Origin: an uncultured virus (IMG/VR IMGVR_UViG_3300042337_000191)
Lineage: Duplodnaviria; Heunggongvirae; Uroviricota; Caudoviricetes
Length of the DNA stretch: 64,000 bases
Reading direction: 5' to 3' (one strand)
Virus record (IMG/VR): IMGVR_UViG_3300042337_000191
Shown here piece by piece: positions 54,223 through 64,000 of this stretch (position 1 is the first letter of the stretch; the number at the start of each line of letters is the position of its first letter). A model generated the notes under the pieces. The model was not told the origin of the DNA. It saw only the letters and a list, made by a program, of their open reading frames with translations, and did not search any database. The translations under genes were made by a program, and so were the position numbers.

Positions 54223-55076
54223 TCAATCTCATCAGTGTTGTAAATTTGAGTAATAAACCCATAATCATCGTCAGCGTCAATTTCTGTATATGGCAAAGTG
54301 CCAGTATTTGCATTTGGTTTTCCGGTGTATGTAATTGGATCACCATTTGCGTTCAAACCTGGCTGAATAGTAACCTTTTCAATCATTGGGGTTACGCCTC
54401 TACCTTCAGCAGCAGTATTTGTAGAAGGTATATAAAACTGAGTTCTAATAAACTTAATAATACCAGAAGATTTAATCGGACCATAGATATAACCCTTGAG
54501 GGTGAAATCTAGTTCCCAAATAATAGCTCTTCTTTCAACATATGCGCCATCGTATTTATCAATCTGATTGATGTTGTTCAGAACAATAGGAATATCCATT
54601 GTTACATTTACTTCAGGAATAAGATTAACTGTAGTTGTCCAGTCTGGAGTAAAATACGGAAGAATTTGTTCTATAATTTTAGTTCCATCTTCAGCATTTT
54701 TTACATAGATATATGCTTTAAAATTTATATTGTACGGTACTGGATTATATTGATATTTAAACTTACTAATGTCATCAGCGTCTTTAACAGCTATTCTTCC
54801 GATAGTGTTTAACTTTCTAGATCCATCATATTCCATTTTACCCATCTCAAACGAAATCATAGGCATAGCAGGAACAGCATTAGTTTTATCTAATGTAGGA
54901 TCTTGAAGAACACGAGCAAGCATTTTATCTTTTGCTGCGTATGTAATTGGCACTTTTAACAGAGCAGTGACGTTACCTGATGCATCTGTTCTTGTAATGC
55001 GAATATCGTTCAACAATGTGCCCATAAGAATTACGTATTTTCTAATGAGGCTGAAATAAAATGGTTTGCCAAACAT
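54219..55076 (-). CDS. 15: tail sheath stabilizer gp15
   Basis: KVPITYA, PVPYNINF, IIEQILPYFTP. Confidence 0.9.
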   Translation of the reverse strand: MFGKPFYFSLIRKYVILMGTLLNDIRITRTDASGNVTALLKVPITYAAKDKMLARVLQDPTLDKTNAVPAMPMISFEMGKMEYDGSRKLNTIGRIAVKDADDISKFKYQYNPVPYNINFKAYIYVKNAEDGTKIIEQILPYFTPDWTTTVNLIPEVNVTMDIPIVLNNINQIDKYDGAYVERRAIIWELDFTLKGYIYGPIKSSGIIKFIRTQFYIPSTNTAAEGRGVTPMIEKVTIQPGLNANGDPITYTGKPNANTGTLPYTEIDADDDYGFITQIYNTDEIE

Positions 55077-55798
55077 TAGATATTTCCTTCACTGAATGGG
55101 TCTATAGAGGAGAAATCAATAAATTGATCGGACTCTGCCTGTATTTCCATACTATCATCCGCTGTGACATTGCCTGCAGCTGCATTTTCAAGAATAAGGT
55201 AATCACCATCTTCAGTCAATATTGGGCCATTGTCAGAATCATCATCAATTGTCCAATCAAGAATATTTTGACTGTTCTGTTTTTCTAAAGCATCGATTTC
55301 AGGTATACCTGTATTGAATCTTTCACCAGAATATTCGAACACTTCACAAGTCATTTCCCATGTTTGTAAAGCGCCCAGTTGATAAAACATTTCATACTTA
55401 TTCACGAAACGAATAACAAACGCTCTTTGATTTAATGGAAACCAAATAACATCGCCTTCGTTTGGTCTTACTTGAGTAGTAAACTCACCAATTTCTTCAT
55501 TAAATATTCTACGAGCAATAGAAAATACAACTTGATTGCGTATTTCGACACCAAATTTTGATAGGAATTCTCCGTCGCCAGAGAACCCATCAATTGATTT
55601 GATATACATTTCTACAGGATACGCAGCTTCGTAACTTGACGAATCGTCTGCGCCATAAACTTCATCATAATTATTCAGAGTTCTAGGAAGATAATACATG
55701 TCCTGGCCATAGATCTTAATAGATTCTATGATTAGATTTTCAAGTAACAGCTGTTCCTGAGAAGCCTGAAAATTATTGAAAAAGAAATTAGTGGCCAT
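55076..55798 (-). CDS. 14: neck protein gp14
   Basis: ESIKIYGQDMYYLPR, LSKFG, RPNEGD, FYQLG. Confidence 0.9.
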   Translation of the reverse strand: MATNFFFNNFQASQEQLLLENLIIESIKIYGQDMYYLPRTLNNYDEVYGADDSSSYEAAYPVEMYIKSIDGFSGDGEFLSKFGVEIRNQVVFSIARRIFNEEIGEFTTQVRPNEGDVIWFPLNQRAFVIRFVNKYEMFYQLGALQTWEMTCEVFEYSGERFNTGIPEIDALEKQNSQNILDWTIDDDSDNGPILTEDGDYLILENAAAGNVTADDSMEIQAESDQFIDFSSIDPFSEGNI

Positions 55799-55800
55799 AA

Positions 55801-56538
55801 TTACCCGATCATATCAGTTGCTGGTAAGCTGTATGAATAAATCATTTCTTTTTCTAGATCTGCTCTTTCAGCTGTCGCTTCATCATAAATCTTTTGACCG
55901 TTAAAGGTTAGACCTCCAGGCATTTTCATGCCTTCAAACTTTTTAAGGTTTGTTCCCCACTGTTGTTTAATCAAACAAGCTGCATATCTAAGCAACCAAC
56001 GATCGCTCCAAGCCTTAGTCCAAACATCTGGATCTACAACTTGATACGCTTCGACAATCAAATAGTTACCAACAGCAATCTGATCCCAAGACATGTCAAT
56101 ATAAAGTCTATTATTATGACGATTATATCGTAGCGGTTGCTGACCTACTAACATTTGTTCAAGAAACTGAACATGATTCATAGCCATATAATATGGAACC
56201 ATTGAAACAGATGTTAGAGTATAAAGGTCGTTAAGAGCAATCTGATAACGAATATTGAATAGATTATTAAGACCAAGAGCAGAACCAAGAGGAAAAATGT
56301 TTACAGCGCCAATAATATTATCAGGAAGGGCAATATATTTGTTAGATATATCTGTTGCATCTATTTGTCTTTTATAATATGTTTTTTCTGAACCATCAAA
56401 ATGATAATCCCAAAAATAACGCAGAGCTTCGTCGATGCGATCGGAAACTTGATCTTCATCAACATTAATTTCAATTACTGGTTTACCTAGTCTTCGAAGA
56501 CAATTTTCAGTAAATTCTGCTCTTGTTGTCGGAGTCAT
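55801..56538 (-). CDS. 13: neck protein gp13
   Basis: CLRRLGKPVIEINV, KQQWGTNLKKF, PGGLTFNG. Confidence 0.92.
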   Translation of the reverse strand: MTPTTRAEFTENCLRRLGKPVIEINVDEDQVSDRIDEALRYFWDYHFDGSEKTYYKRQIDATDISNKYIALPDNIIGAVNIFPLGSALGLNNLFNIRYQIALNDLYTLTSVSMVPYYMAMNHVQFLEQMLVGQQPLRYNRHNNRLYIDMSWDQIAVGNYLIVEAYQVVDPDVWTKAWSDRWLLRYAACLIKQQWGTNLKKFEGMKMPGGLTFNGQKIYDEATAERADLEKEMIYSYSLPATDMIG

Positions 56539-56557
56539 TTGATTCCCTTAATCTATT

Positions 56558-57004
56558 TTATGGTATATTTATAGGAAGAGGCACTGGCACTTTATTACTT
56601 GCATTAATAGAAAACTCAACAATTGCATTAGCAAAATCTTTAAATTGTTGAACACTAGTAAATGTATGAATATTCATACCAAAATCTGGCCAATCTAATG
56701 TGTTAGAGTTTCCTGGGAATGCATTGTTCATTTGAATATATAAAAGAATAGAAGAAATTTTCTGTTGAACCTCGGTGCCATAAGGATAATCGCCATTTAA
56801 ATCTGGGTTAGAAGCTGATGCAATACTAACTGTCAATGGCGGCATATATGGTATAGGATCCGGGTCCTCTACTACATTACCTTCTGCAAGCCAAGCTTGA
56901 TAATCTGCCCATTCTTCTACATGTTCTGGGCCAATAATCATATTATCAGAAAGACGAACTACTGCGTCAGTGTCAAATCTTGCTTTATAACCTGTTGTTG
57001 ACAT
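56558..57004 (-). CDS. tail-fibre assembly/chaperone-like protein
   Basis: VVRLSD...DYQAWLAEGN motif; position after the fibre genes. Confidence 0.55.
   Translation of the reverse strand: MSTTGYKARFDTDAVVRLSDNMIIGPEHVEEWADYQAWLAEGNVVEDPDPIPYMPPLTVSIASASNPDLNGDYPYGTEVQQKISSILLYIQMNNAFPGNSNTLDWPDFGMNIHTFTSVQQFKDFANAIVEFSINASNKVPVPLPINIP
56566..56573 (-). promoter_or_regulatory. late promoter
   Basis: TATAAATA upstream of gene 13. Confidence 0.65.
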
Positions 57005-57015
57005 TTTATAATCCT

Positions 57016-57615
57016 TTAATTAAAACCGTAAAGTGTTACTGAACCTGAAGATAGATTACCGGACTGTGCATTTATTTGCATACCATCGATGGTGTTTGTT
57101 ATACCGCTTACACCACTAGGCGTTCCATCCCAGAATCCACCACCATGGTGATAACCGAGATAACCGCTGGTATATAGATATCCTGTAATCCAAAATTCAT
57201 AATTTTTTATATGAGTTGTTTGTCTTGTATTATATATAATGAATTTACCAGAAACACCACCATTAGAATAATTCACAAAATATCCATTATAACACAATGG
57301 TATATAAGAATAATCACCACCACCAAAAGAACCACTATTGTTATTGTAAATACCATACAAAACATGTCTGTAATAATTAAGACCTCTGTAGGCACCCGCA
57401 ACATAAAAATAACACCATAGTCCAGTGCTTTGTGTGACAGGCAATAGATTATTAAACACCAATTCATAGTGATTATATGAAGTATTGAACGCTGGATAAA
57501 GAGCAGCACTATTAGATGCAGTGTATTCTGCTATAAATTGTTTATTACCATATTGAGTTGTTTGTATGGTTGAATCAGAATATCTTACACCACTGCTGAT
57601 TGCTGAAGTTGCCAT
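57016..57615 (-). CDS. putative receptor-binding tip protein, paralog 3
   Basis: GVRYSDSTIQTT; Tyr/Gly-rich beta domain ending GSVTLYGFN. Confidence 0.65.
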   Translation of the reverse strand: MATSAISSGVRYSDSTIQTTQYGNKQFIAEYTASNSAALYPAFNTSYNHYELVFNNLLPVTQSTGLWCYFYVAGAYRGLNYYRHVLYGIYNNNSGSFGGGDYSYIPLCYNGYFVNYSNGGVSGKFIIYNTRQTTHIKNYEFWITGYLYTSGYLGYHHGGGFWDGTPSGVSGITNTIDGMQINAQSGNLSSGSVTLYGFN

Positions 57616-57628
57616 TTATTTTCCTATT

Positions 57629-58240
57629 TTAGTTCCAACCATAGACTCTTATAGTTCCGGCTTGTATATTTCCTGAACTATAATATATTTGAAAACCATC
57701 AAGTTTAGAAGTAGAAGAACTATGTGTTCCACCACCAAAAGTAAGTGCAGCATAATTTGTCGTATAATCCATTCCGGATAAAACAAAATTATAATTCTTT
57801 GAAGAAGAAGTATTACGACAATTTGTGAATCTAATCATTCCACTAACACCAGCACTACTACCGTTGAAAGCGTAATTGGAATAAGTTAATGGTATATATC
57901 CAACAGAACCGCCAATACCAGCATATCCACTAGCAGGAACAAATGGTGGGCTACCAGTGGTTGCGTATTGATTGATCCAAACGCCTGTAGAATAATATGT
58001 GCCAGAATTAAAACCACCGTCGAAATAATATCGCATATAAAAACCAACATTTAACGTTGCTGACATCATGTTGTAAACAAGCAATTCATAATTGTTATAT
58101 GAATCACTAAAACCCGTATAAGACAATGAAGCACTACTAGAAGCGGTTAAAGTTGTAAGAAGAGTTCTAGCGCCTCTTGCTGTAGTCTGAGTTGTTCCGT
58201 CAGGAAATGTTACATTAGAGCTTTTTAAACTTGTTGGCAT
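57629..58240 (-). CDS. putative receptor-binding tip protein, paralog 2
   Basis: VTFPDGTTQTTARG; ends GTIRVYGWN. Confidence 0.65.
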   Translation of the reverse strand: MPTSLKSSNVTFPDGTTQTTARGARTLLTTLTASSSASLSYTGFSDSYNNYELLVYNMMSATLNVGFYMRYYFDGGFNSGTYYSTGVWINQYATTGSPPFVPASGYAGIGGSVGYIPLTYSNYAFNGSSAGVSGMIRFTNCRNTSSSKNYNFVLSGMDYTTNYAALTFGGGTHSSSTSKLDGFQIYYSSGNIQAGTIRVYGWN

Positions 58241-58243
58241 TTA

Positions 58244-58816
58244 TTAATTCCATCCGTATATATCTACAGATCCGGAAATTATAGAACCTCCAGTTGGTAG
58301 AAATTGTATTCCATCGACTGCAGCATTAGACCCTGACCAAGTAGTTCCTCCTCCAAACTGCGCTGAATACCCAGCAGTATAATATTTTCCAGCTGCATGA
58401 AAAAGAGAAAATTTTACATTTGTTGTTTGGCGGCAATTATACAAAGTCAAACATCCAGAAACACCACCACCAGCAACATTATACGTATAACTATCAATAA
58501 CTGCATATGCAGTATAACCGCCTTGTGGGGCCCACCCATTAGAATTACTGTTAACCCAACCTGCTGTGTAATATCCTGAAGATTGATAAACTGCACTTAC
58601 ATAATATCTGTAACACAAATAATAACCACTAGTGCACATTACATTATTCAATACATAATCATAATGATTATATGTATTTGTATGGCCTGTATACTGTATC
58701 GAACCAGAATTAGAAGCTGTTATCGTTGTCAAATACTGTCTGGTACCACGTGCAGTTGGTTGTAAAGAACCATCTGGAAACGTAACACCAGAATTATTAA
58801 TTTTTGTTCCTGGCAT
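58244..58816 (-). CDS. putative receptor-binding tip protein, paralog 1
   Basis: GVTFPDGSLQPTARG; ends GSVDIYGWN. Confidence 0.65.
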   Translation of the reverse strand: MPGTKINNSGVTFPDGSLQPTARGTRQYLTTITASNSGSIQYTGHTNTYNHYDYVLNNVMCTSGYYLCYRYYVSAVYQSSGYYTAGWVNSNSNGWAPQGGYTAYAVIDSYTYNVAGGGVSGCLTLYNCRQTTNVKFSLFHAAGKYYTAGYSAQFGGGTTWSGSNAAVDGIQFLPTGGSIISGSVDIYGWN

Positions 58817-58818
58817 AA

Positions 58819-60354
58819 TTAGACCTTACTTTTTAGATCTTCAACTTCTTTTGCTAGTTGTTTGATAGCTTCGATCAATAATGGAACTATTCTTTCATAT
58901 TGAACAGTTTTATAGTTTTCACCAGAGATAGATCTTTGAACACCGTCAACAGTTTCCACGTCAAAAGGTGCCAATCTAACTACTTGTGGCAGAACTTTTT
59001 CTAGTTCTTGTGCCAGTACACCGACTTGATTTGTTTCATTATAACCAAAAGTTGATGCTAAATCATTACTTCTAAAATTAACTCCAGAAATACTCATAAC
59101 TTTTTCTAGAGCATTTTCAATTGGTTTAATGTCAGTTTTCAATCTTTCGTCGGAATAACCACCGACAATATCACCCATGGCATATATGGTAGAGCTACCT
59201 TGAGCGGCCATACCAACACCTATAGAATTAAATCTTGAATCTTGCGATATGCTTGTGAAAGTGCCAGCAGAAGTTGCATAGGTGGCATTAGTAGCTGAAC
59301 CAGCAGAAGTTGCATAGGTGGCATTGGTAGCAGCTGATGCGTTAGTGGCAGAAGCAGCTGAACCGTTGATGTTAATAGACCAAGTGCCAGAAGCATTAGT
59401 ACCAGTAGTTGACGGAGCTCCAATTGAGTTATAAGAAATTGTTCTGGCTGTTCCGCCGTTGAACGTAGTGCCAGAAGCAGCGCCTGCTCCGCCATTATTA
59501 AATGTCACTGCTTGAGAAGTCGATCCGGCCGATGTTGCATAAGTAGCATTAGTAGCGGCAGAAGCATTCGTAGCCGAAGCAGCTGAACCGTTGATGTTAA
59601 TAGACCAAGTTCCGGAAGCATTAGTTCCGTCTGTCTTTGGAGCTCCGATAGAGTTATATGAGATAACTCTAGCAGTTCCTCCATTAAACGTAGTGCCAGA
59701 AATAGCACCAGTTCCATCTGAGGCAAAAGTTAGAGATTGAGAAGTGGAACCAGCCGATGTTGCATAGGTGGCATTAGTAGCACTACCAGCACTAGTAGCA
59801 TAAGTAGCGTTGGTAGCCGAAGCAGCTGAACCGTTAATACTTATAGACCAAGTACCAGAGGCGTTAGTGCCAGTAGTTGATGGAGCTCCAATACTATTGT
59901 ATGAAATGGTAACTGCAGAGCTACCATTAAATGTTGTTCCGGAAGCCGAACCTGCTCCACCATTATTAATTGTTAATGCATTTGGAACATTGGTAACATT
60001 TAAAGTTCTATTAGCGTCGATCGTTCCACCGCCAGACAAACCTGTACCAGCAGTTATTGAAATTGTGCTATGAGCTATGTGGCGATCTGCTGAATAATTG
60101 GAAAGGGAGTTGTGATCTATCGTGCCTTGAGTTGCTGTCTGAACAGTTCCATAAAAACCAGAAGAAGCATTTACCCAGCCGGTAACACTAGTGTTACCAA
60201 GAGCAACTGTGCCAGCAATTGACAATTTATTTGCAGGAGTAGTATTAGCAATACCAACATTACCATTTGAAGATACAGTCAAAGCTGTTCCTATGGAAAC
60301 TGAGTTAGTTCCTGTAGATAAGCCATTTTTAACTACGAAATCTTTATTAGCCAT
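58819..60354 (-). CDS. tail fibre with C-terminal intramolecular chaperone (peptidase S74)
   Basis: ATNATYATSAGS repeats; YSDERLKTDI...GVLAQE...LLIEAIKQL. Confidence 0.88.
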   Translation of the reverse strand: MANKDFVVKNGLSTGTNSVSIGTALTVSSNGNVGIANTTPANKLSIAGTVALGNTSVTGWVNASSGFYGTVQTATQGTIDHNSLSNYSADRHIAHSTISITAGTGLSGGGTIDANRTLNVTNVPNALTINNGGAGSASGTTFNGSSAVTISYNSIGAPSTTGTNASGTWSISINGSAASATNATYATSAGSATNATYATSAGSTSQSLTFASDGTGAISGTTFNGGTARVISYNSIGAPKTDGTNASGTWSININGSAASATNASAATNATYATSAGSTSQAVTFNNGGAGAASGTTFNGGTARTISYNSIGAPSTTGTNASGTWSININGSAASATNASAATNATYATSAGSATNATYATSAGTFTSISQDSRFNSIGVGMAAQGSSTIYAMGDIVGGYSDERLKTDIKPIENALEKVMSISGVNFRSNDLASTFGYNETNQVGVLAQELEKVLPQVVRLAPFDVETVDGVQRSISGENYKTVQYERIVPLLIEAIKQLAKEVEDLKSKV

Positions 60355-61349
60355 GGTTCCCTTTCCCCTATGGTTTTATTTTAAATATATTTAGTATTAA
60401 AATTAATTATATCCAACAACTCTCATGTTACCTGTAATATTTCCAGAGGAAGAATATAACTGAATACCAGTAATAGCTCCTGTAGATCCCGTATACCATC
60501 CACCACCAAATGCTCGGTGTCCAAATCCAGTAGTATATGCTGCTCCGTATACATCCCATCTAAATGATTTATATACAGACGCAACGTTAGCGCCTAATAA
60601 TTCAATAGTTCCTGCCATACCGCTACCACCTGTCGCTGCGGTGATAAAGTAACCTGGATATGTTAAATAACAAAAAGTATAAGTGCCGCCATAATATGCA
60701 CCATTACCATTATTGTACGCAGCTAATGATTCATGATAATAATTACTTGTTCCAAAAGCGCCGGCAATATAAATTCTCATATATAAAGACTGAGACTGTG
60801 TAACTGGCAAAGTGTTCCAGAAATAAACCTTATAATGAGGATAAGAAGCCCAACCAGTTGATTGCAACGCAGCAGCATTAGTTACGCTCTGATAGTCTAA
60901 CCCAACGCCTGGATATCCAGAATTGGTTGCATAAGTGGCGTTGGTGGCGGCTGAAGCATTAGTTGCTGATGCTGCTGATCCATTGATGTTGATAGACCAA
61001 GTTCCAGAAGCGTTTGTTCCAGTAGTTGACGGAGCTCCAATTGAGTTATAAGAAATTGTTCTGGCTGTTCCGCCGTTGAATGTTGTTCCAGAAGCTGCAC
61101 CAGCACCACCATTATTGAATGTGACTGCTTGGGTAGTAGAACCAGCAGACCCATTAACGTTGATCGACCAAGTTCCAGAAGCATTAGTGCCAGTAGTTGA
61201 CGGAGCGCCAATGGAGTTATAAGAAATTGTTCTGGCAGTGCCACCATTGAATGTTGTTCCAGAAGCTGCACCAGCACCACCATTATTGAATGTGACTGCT
61301 TGGGTAGTAGAACCAGCAGACCCATTAACGTTGATCGACCAAGTTCCAG
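59402..61349. repeat. shared fibre repeat modules
   Basis: 62-nt identity 59402-59463 = 61019-61080; 103-nt identity 61076-61178 = 61247-61349 (171-nt period). Confidence 0.9.
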
Positions 61350-63978
61350 TATTCAATACATACTGAACAGCATCGCTTCTGAACCAATTTCCGGAAGCGT
61401 CTATGTAAGAGTGTCCAACAGTGCTACCTGCTCCATAAATTCTAGTAGCACCAGAATTAGTGCTACCGTACCCAATAAACATACCATCGTTATTTGTTGC
61501 CAGGTTAGAATTACGAATAACTCTTACATTAACGTAGTTATCTGCGTTGTTTACACCGGAAGTACCAGCACTAGTAGCATAAGTAGCATTAGTAGCTGCA
61601 GAAGCATTAGTTGCAGAAGCTGCTGAACCATTGATATTGATAGACCAAGTTCCAGAAGCGTTTGTTCCAGTAGTTGATGGAGCGCCAACAGTATTGTATG
61701 AAACCGTTAATGTCGCAGCGCCAGTATAAGTGCTACCAGAAGCTGCTCCAGCACCACCATTATTGAATGTTACGGCGTTAGGGTTAGGCGCTGATCCAGC
61801 GGTTGTAGCATAAGTAGCGTTAGTGGCAGCAGAAGCGTTTGTGGCCGAAGCTGCTGAACCATTGATATTGATAGACCAAGTTCCACTGTTAATAACAGCC
61901 TGTGTGCCATTAATATAAGTGCCAGTAGTATTAGATAATAAAATGGTTGAAGTATTTGCGTATAATTTTATACCGCCAGCAGTAGTAGCAGTTGATAACC
62001 ATAGATGATTGTTTTCAATACCAGCAGCATAATCCACCGAAGTCGCTGCGATAGCTGGATACAATAGTAATTTTGTTCCTGCCGATCTTGTGGTAACTGC
62101 AGGAGCAGCAACGCCAGAAGTATTCCAACCTATAAAATTACTTGTAGCGTTAGAAAATATAATAGAGTTTGCACCAGCCGAGAATGTTACAGCTCCATCA
62201 AATGTGTCAGCTGTATCTGTTCTAGCATAATTGGCAGCAGCAACGCCGCCTAGATTAGAAGCATTGGTCGCATTTGTGGCTGCTGAAGCGTTAGTAGCAG
62301 AAGCAGCCGAACCATTAATATTGATTGACCAAGTGCCAGAAGCATTAGTGCCAGTTGTTGACGGTGCGCCAACAGAATTATAAGAAATTGTTCTAGCAGT
62401 ACCACCATTAAAAGTACTAGTAGCAGCTGCACCAGTTCCATCAGATGCAAACGTTAAGGATTGAGTTGTATTTGCAGTTCCCGCACTAGTAGCATAAGTT
62501 GCATTAGTAGCTGATCCAGCCGAAGTAGCGTTAGTGGCTGATGCAGCAACAGGAACCTTATAACTAGAATATGCAGTAGTATCAAAAGATTCGCCAGAAT
62601 CTAGAACCACACCAGCAGTAAATTTACAAGAACTATTATCACCATTAACTACTGCAAGTAGAACCCAATCAGCAGGCACCATATAATTTGCTGTTCCTAC
62701 ATTGTAGTCTACAATATGGAATGCTGTTGCGCCAGCTGCCGAACCATCGCCAAGATCATAATAAAGGGCTTGCCATGAAGCAAGAGGAATACCATTAGTC
62801 GTTGCAGTTACTGCAGTAGTGCCAACAACATCAATTGATCCAGTTGATGGGCAGTTAATGTCATAGTAATTAGCGTTTCCGGGTGATGATGTTCCTTTAG
62901 AATCACCAATAATAATGAAACGTGCAGTCCATTTAACAAACCCAGCAACAGCGCCGTAACTAATAGTTCCTCCACCAGAAATATTATGAGCGCCTCTGGT
63001 TGAATAAATTGCTTCATTAAACCAGTTAGTTGTGACAATGTTTGTAGAATTATCAGTTAATGCTTGGGTTGTAGAAGTAGTAGCACTACCGGCACTGGTA
63101 GCATAAGTAGCGTTGGTAGCTGATCCAGCCGAAGTAGCATAGGTAGCATTAGTGGCAGCGGAAGCGTTAGTGGCCGATCCAGCTGACGTTGCGTAGGTGG
63201 CACTATTGACGTTTAAGTTACCTTCAGTCTTGCCGTTAACGTAAGTCGTATTATTTGCTGAAAGGGTTCCAATATACGTCGAATTAACATGAACACCAGT
63301 AGCATTTACTACAGTGCCAGTTCCTTGAGTGACATACAAACCGGTAGCATTAGCAGTTATGCCATTATTAGCAAGAACGCTTACTGTTCCTGTGGCAGTG
63401 ATAGTTCCACCGGTAAGACCATTGCCTGTTGCAACTGATGTTACTCCAGCATCGTCTGTTGCCCAGTAAGTTGCAGTTCCATTCGAATGTAGAACATGTC
63501 CAGCAGTACCAAAACCACCATTAGCAGAAAGACCAGAACTACCCATAATAACATTAGCGTTATGAGTGTGCACTCCGGATATTGTAAATGCAGCAGTAGT
63601 GTTTATAACATTAGCTGGTATTTGAGCGTAAGGCAATGTGCCAGTAGTAATATTGGTAGCGTTGGTATAAAAAGAAGCTAATTGACCGTTCAAATAGGTT
63701 GAATTGTTAGCTGTTCCTGCGTTAGTAGCATAAGTTGCATTAGTAGCGGCAGAAGCATTGGTAGCGCTACCAGCAGATGTGGCATAGGTAGCACTATTGA
63801 CGTTTAGATTGCCTTCAGTTTTTCCATATGGGCCAATAGAATTGGCGACCAAAGTGGCATTGGCATAAACGCCAGTAGCATTGGCGGTCAACATAGTAAA
63901 GGTTGAATTTGCACCGACCCTTAATTGAGTTGTTGTAAGACTACTATTTACCGTAGAGTTACCAATAAACTCACCCAT
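60403..63978 (-). CDS. long repetitive tail fibre with C-terminal tip domain
   Basis: Same repeats as the adjacent fibre; C-terminal domain homologous to the three small paralogs. Confidence 0.85.
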   Translation of the reverse strand: MGEFIGNSTVNSSLTTTQLRVGANSTFTMLTANATGVYANATLVANSIGPYGKTEGNLNVNSATYATSAGSATNASAATNATYATNAGTANNSTYLNGQLASFYTNATNITTGTLPYAQIPANVINTTAAFTISGVHTHNANVIMGSSGLSANGGFGTAGHVLHSNGTATYWATDDAGVTSVATGNGLTGGTITATGTVSVLANNGITANATGLYVTQGTGTVVNATGVHVNSTYIGTLSANNTTYVNGKTEGNLNVNSATYATSAGSATNASAATNATYATSAGSATNATYATSAGSATTSTTQALTDNSTNIVTTNWFNEAIYSTRGAHNISGGGTISYGAVAGFVKWTARFIIIGDSKGTSSPGNANYYDINCPSTGSIDVVGTTAVTATTNGIPLASWQALYYDLGDGSAAGATAFHIVDYNVGTANYMVPADWVLLAVVNGDNSSCKFTAGVVLDSGESFDTTAYSSYKVPVAASATNATSAGSATNATYATSAGTANTTQSLTFASDGTGAAATSTFNGGTARTISYNSVGAPSTTGTNASGTWSININGSAASATNASAATNATNASNLGGVAAANYARTDTADTFDGAVTFSAGANSIIFSNATSNFIGWNTSGVAAPAVTTRSAGTKLLLYPAIAATSVDYAAGIENNHLWLSTATTAGGIKLYANTSTILLSNTTGTYINGTQAVINSGTWSININGSAASATNASAATNATYATTAGSAPNPNAVTFNNGGAGAASGSTYTGAATLTVSYNTVGAPSTTGTNASGTWSININGSAASATNASAATNATYATSAGTSGVNNADNYVNVRVIRNSNLATNNDGMFIGYGSTNSGATRIYGAGSTVGHSYIDASGNWFRSDAVQYVLNTGTWSINVNGSAGSTTQAVTFNNGGAGAASGTTFNGGTARTISYNSIGAPSTTGTNASGTWSINVNGSAGSTTQAVTFNNGGAGAASGTTFNGGTARTISYNSIGAPSTTGTNASGTWSININGSAASATNASAATNATYATNSGYPGVGLDYQSVTNAAALQSTGWASYPHYKVYFWNTLPVTQSQSLYMRIYIAGAFGTSNYYHESLAAYNNGNGAYYGGTYTFCYLTYPGYFITAATGGSGMAGTIELLGANVASVYKSFRWDVYGAAYTTGFGHRAFGGGWYTGSTGAITGIQLYSSSGNITGNMRVVGYN

Positions 63979-64000
63979 TATTCAACCTCTTCTAATTTAA

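Noticed and set aside
59250..63800. CRISPR-like repeat array
   Set aside because: The repeats are in-frame coding modules with synonymous variation and no unique spacers, and no cas genes are present
57016..63978. Diversity-generating retroelement or invertible cassette acting on the fibre tips
   Set aside because: No reverse transcriptase, adenine-specific TR/VR pair, invertase or inverted crossover sites seen in this window

Overview
A 64-kb segment of a large T4-like myovirus genome. The tRNA-His lacks G-1 and has G1:U72/A73, which points to an alphaproteobacterial host. Plus-strand arm (about 0.1-14.9 kb): class II ribonucleotide reductase, secreted cell-wall enzymes, ClpP, methyltransferase, a late-controlled Pol-beta-type nucleotidyltransferase, glutaredoxin, SpeD, GmhB-like phosphatase, glycosyltransferase, RNase H, PhoH and an exonuclease. 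Minus-strand arm: a deaminase; a tRNA cluster of 27 tRNAs covering all 20 amino acids (a 28th tRNA lies on the plus strand) with one tRNA-like RNA and three structured spacer elements; regA/62/44/45; a DNA base-hypermodification cluster (Tet/JBP oxygenase, GATase-II, amidoligase, GNAT, aGPT-Pplase2/AADT, P-loop kinase); peptide deformylase; 46/47/55/uvsW/uvsY; head, neck and tail genes 3, 23-13; and tail fibres with four paralogous tip domains. Best leads: (1) a nuclease-less NUMOD3 protein whose N-terminal 15 aa are identical to those near the start of the small terminase, with only synonymous differences; (2) a covarying structured leader shared by two homing-endonuclease-type genes; (3) the hypermodification pathway; (4) a possibly capsid-packaged nucleotidyltransferase; (5) non-canonical tRNAs and candidate ncRNAs. 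All family calls come from motif recognition by eye; no database searches were run.
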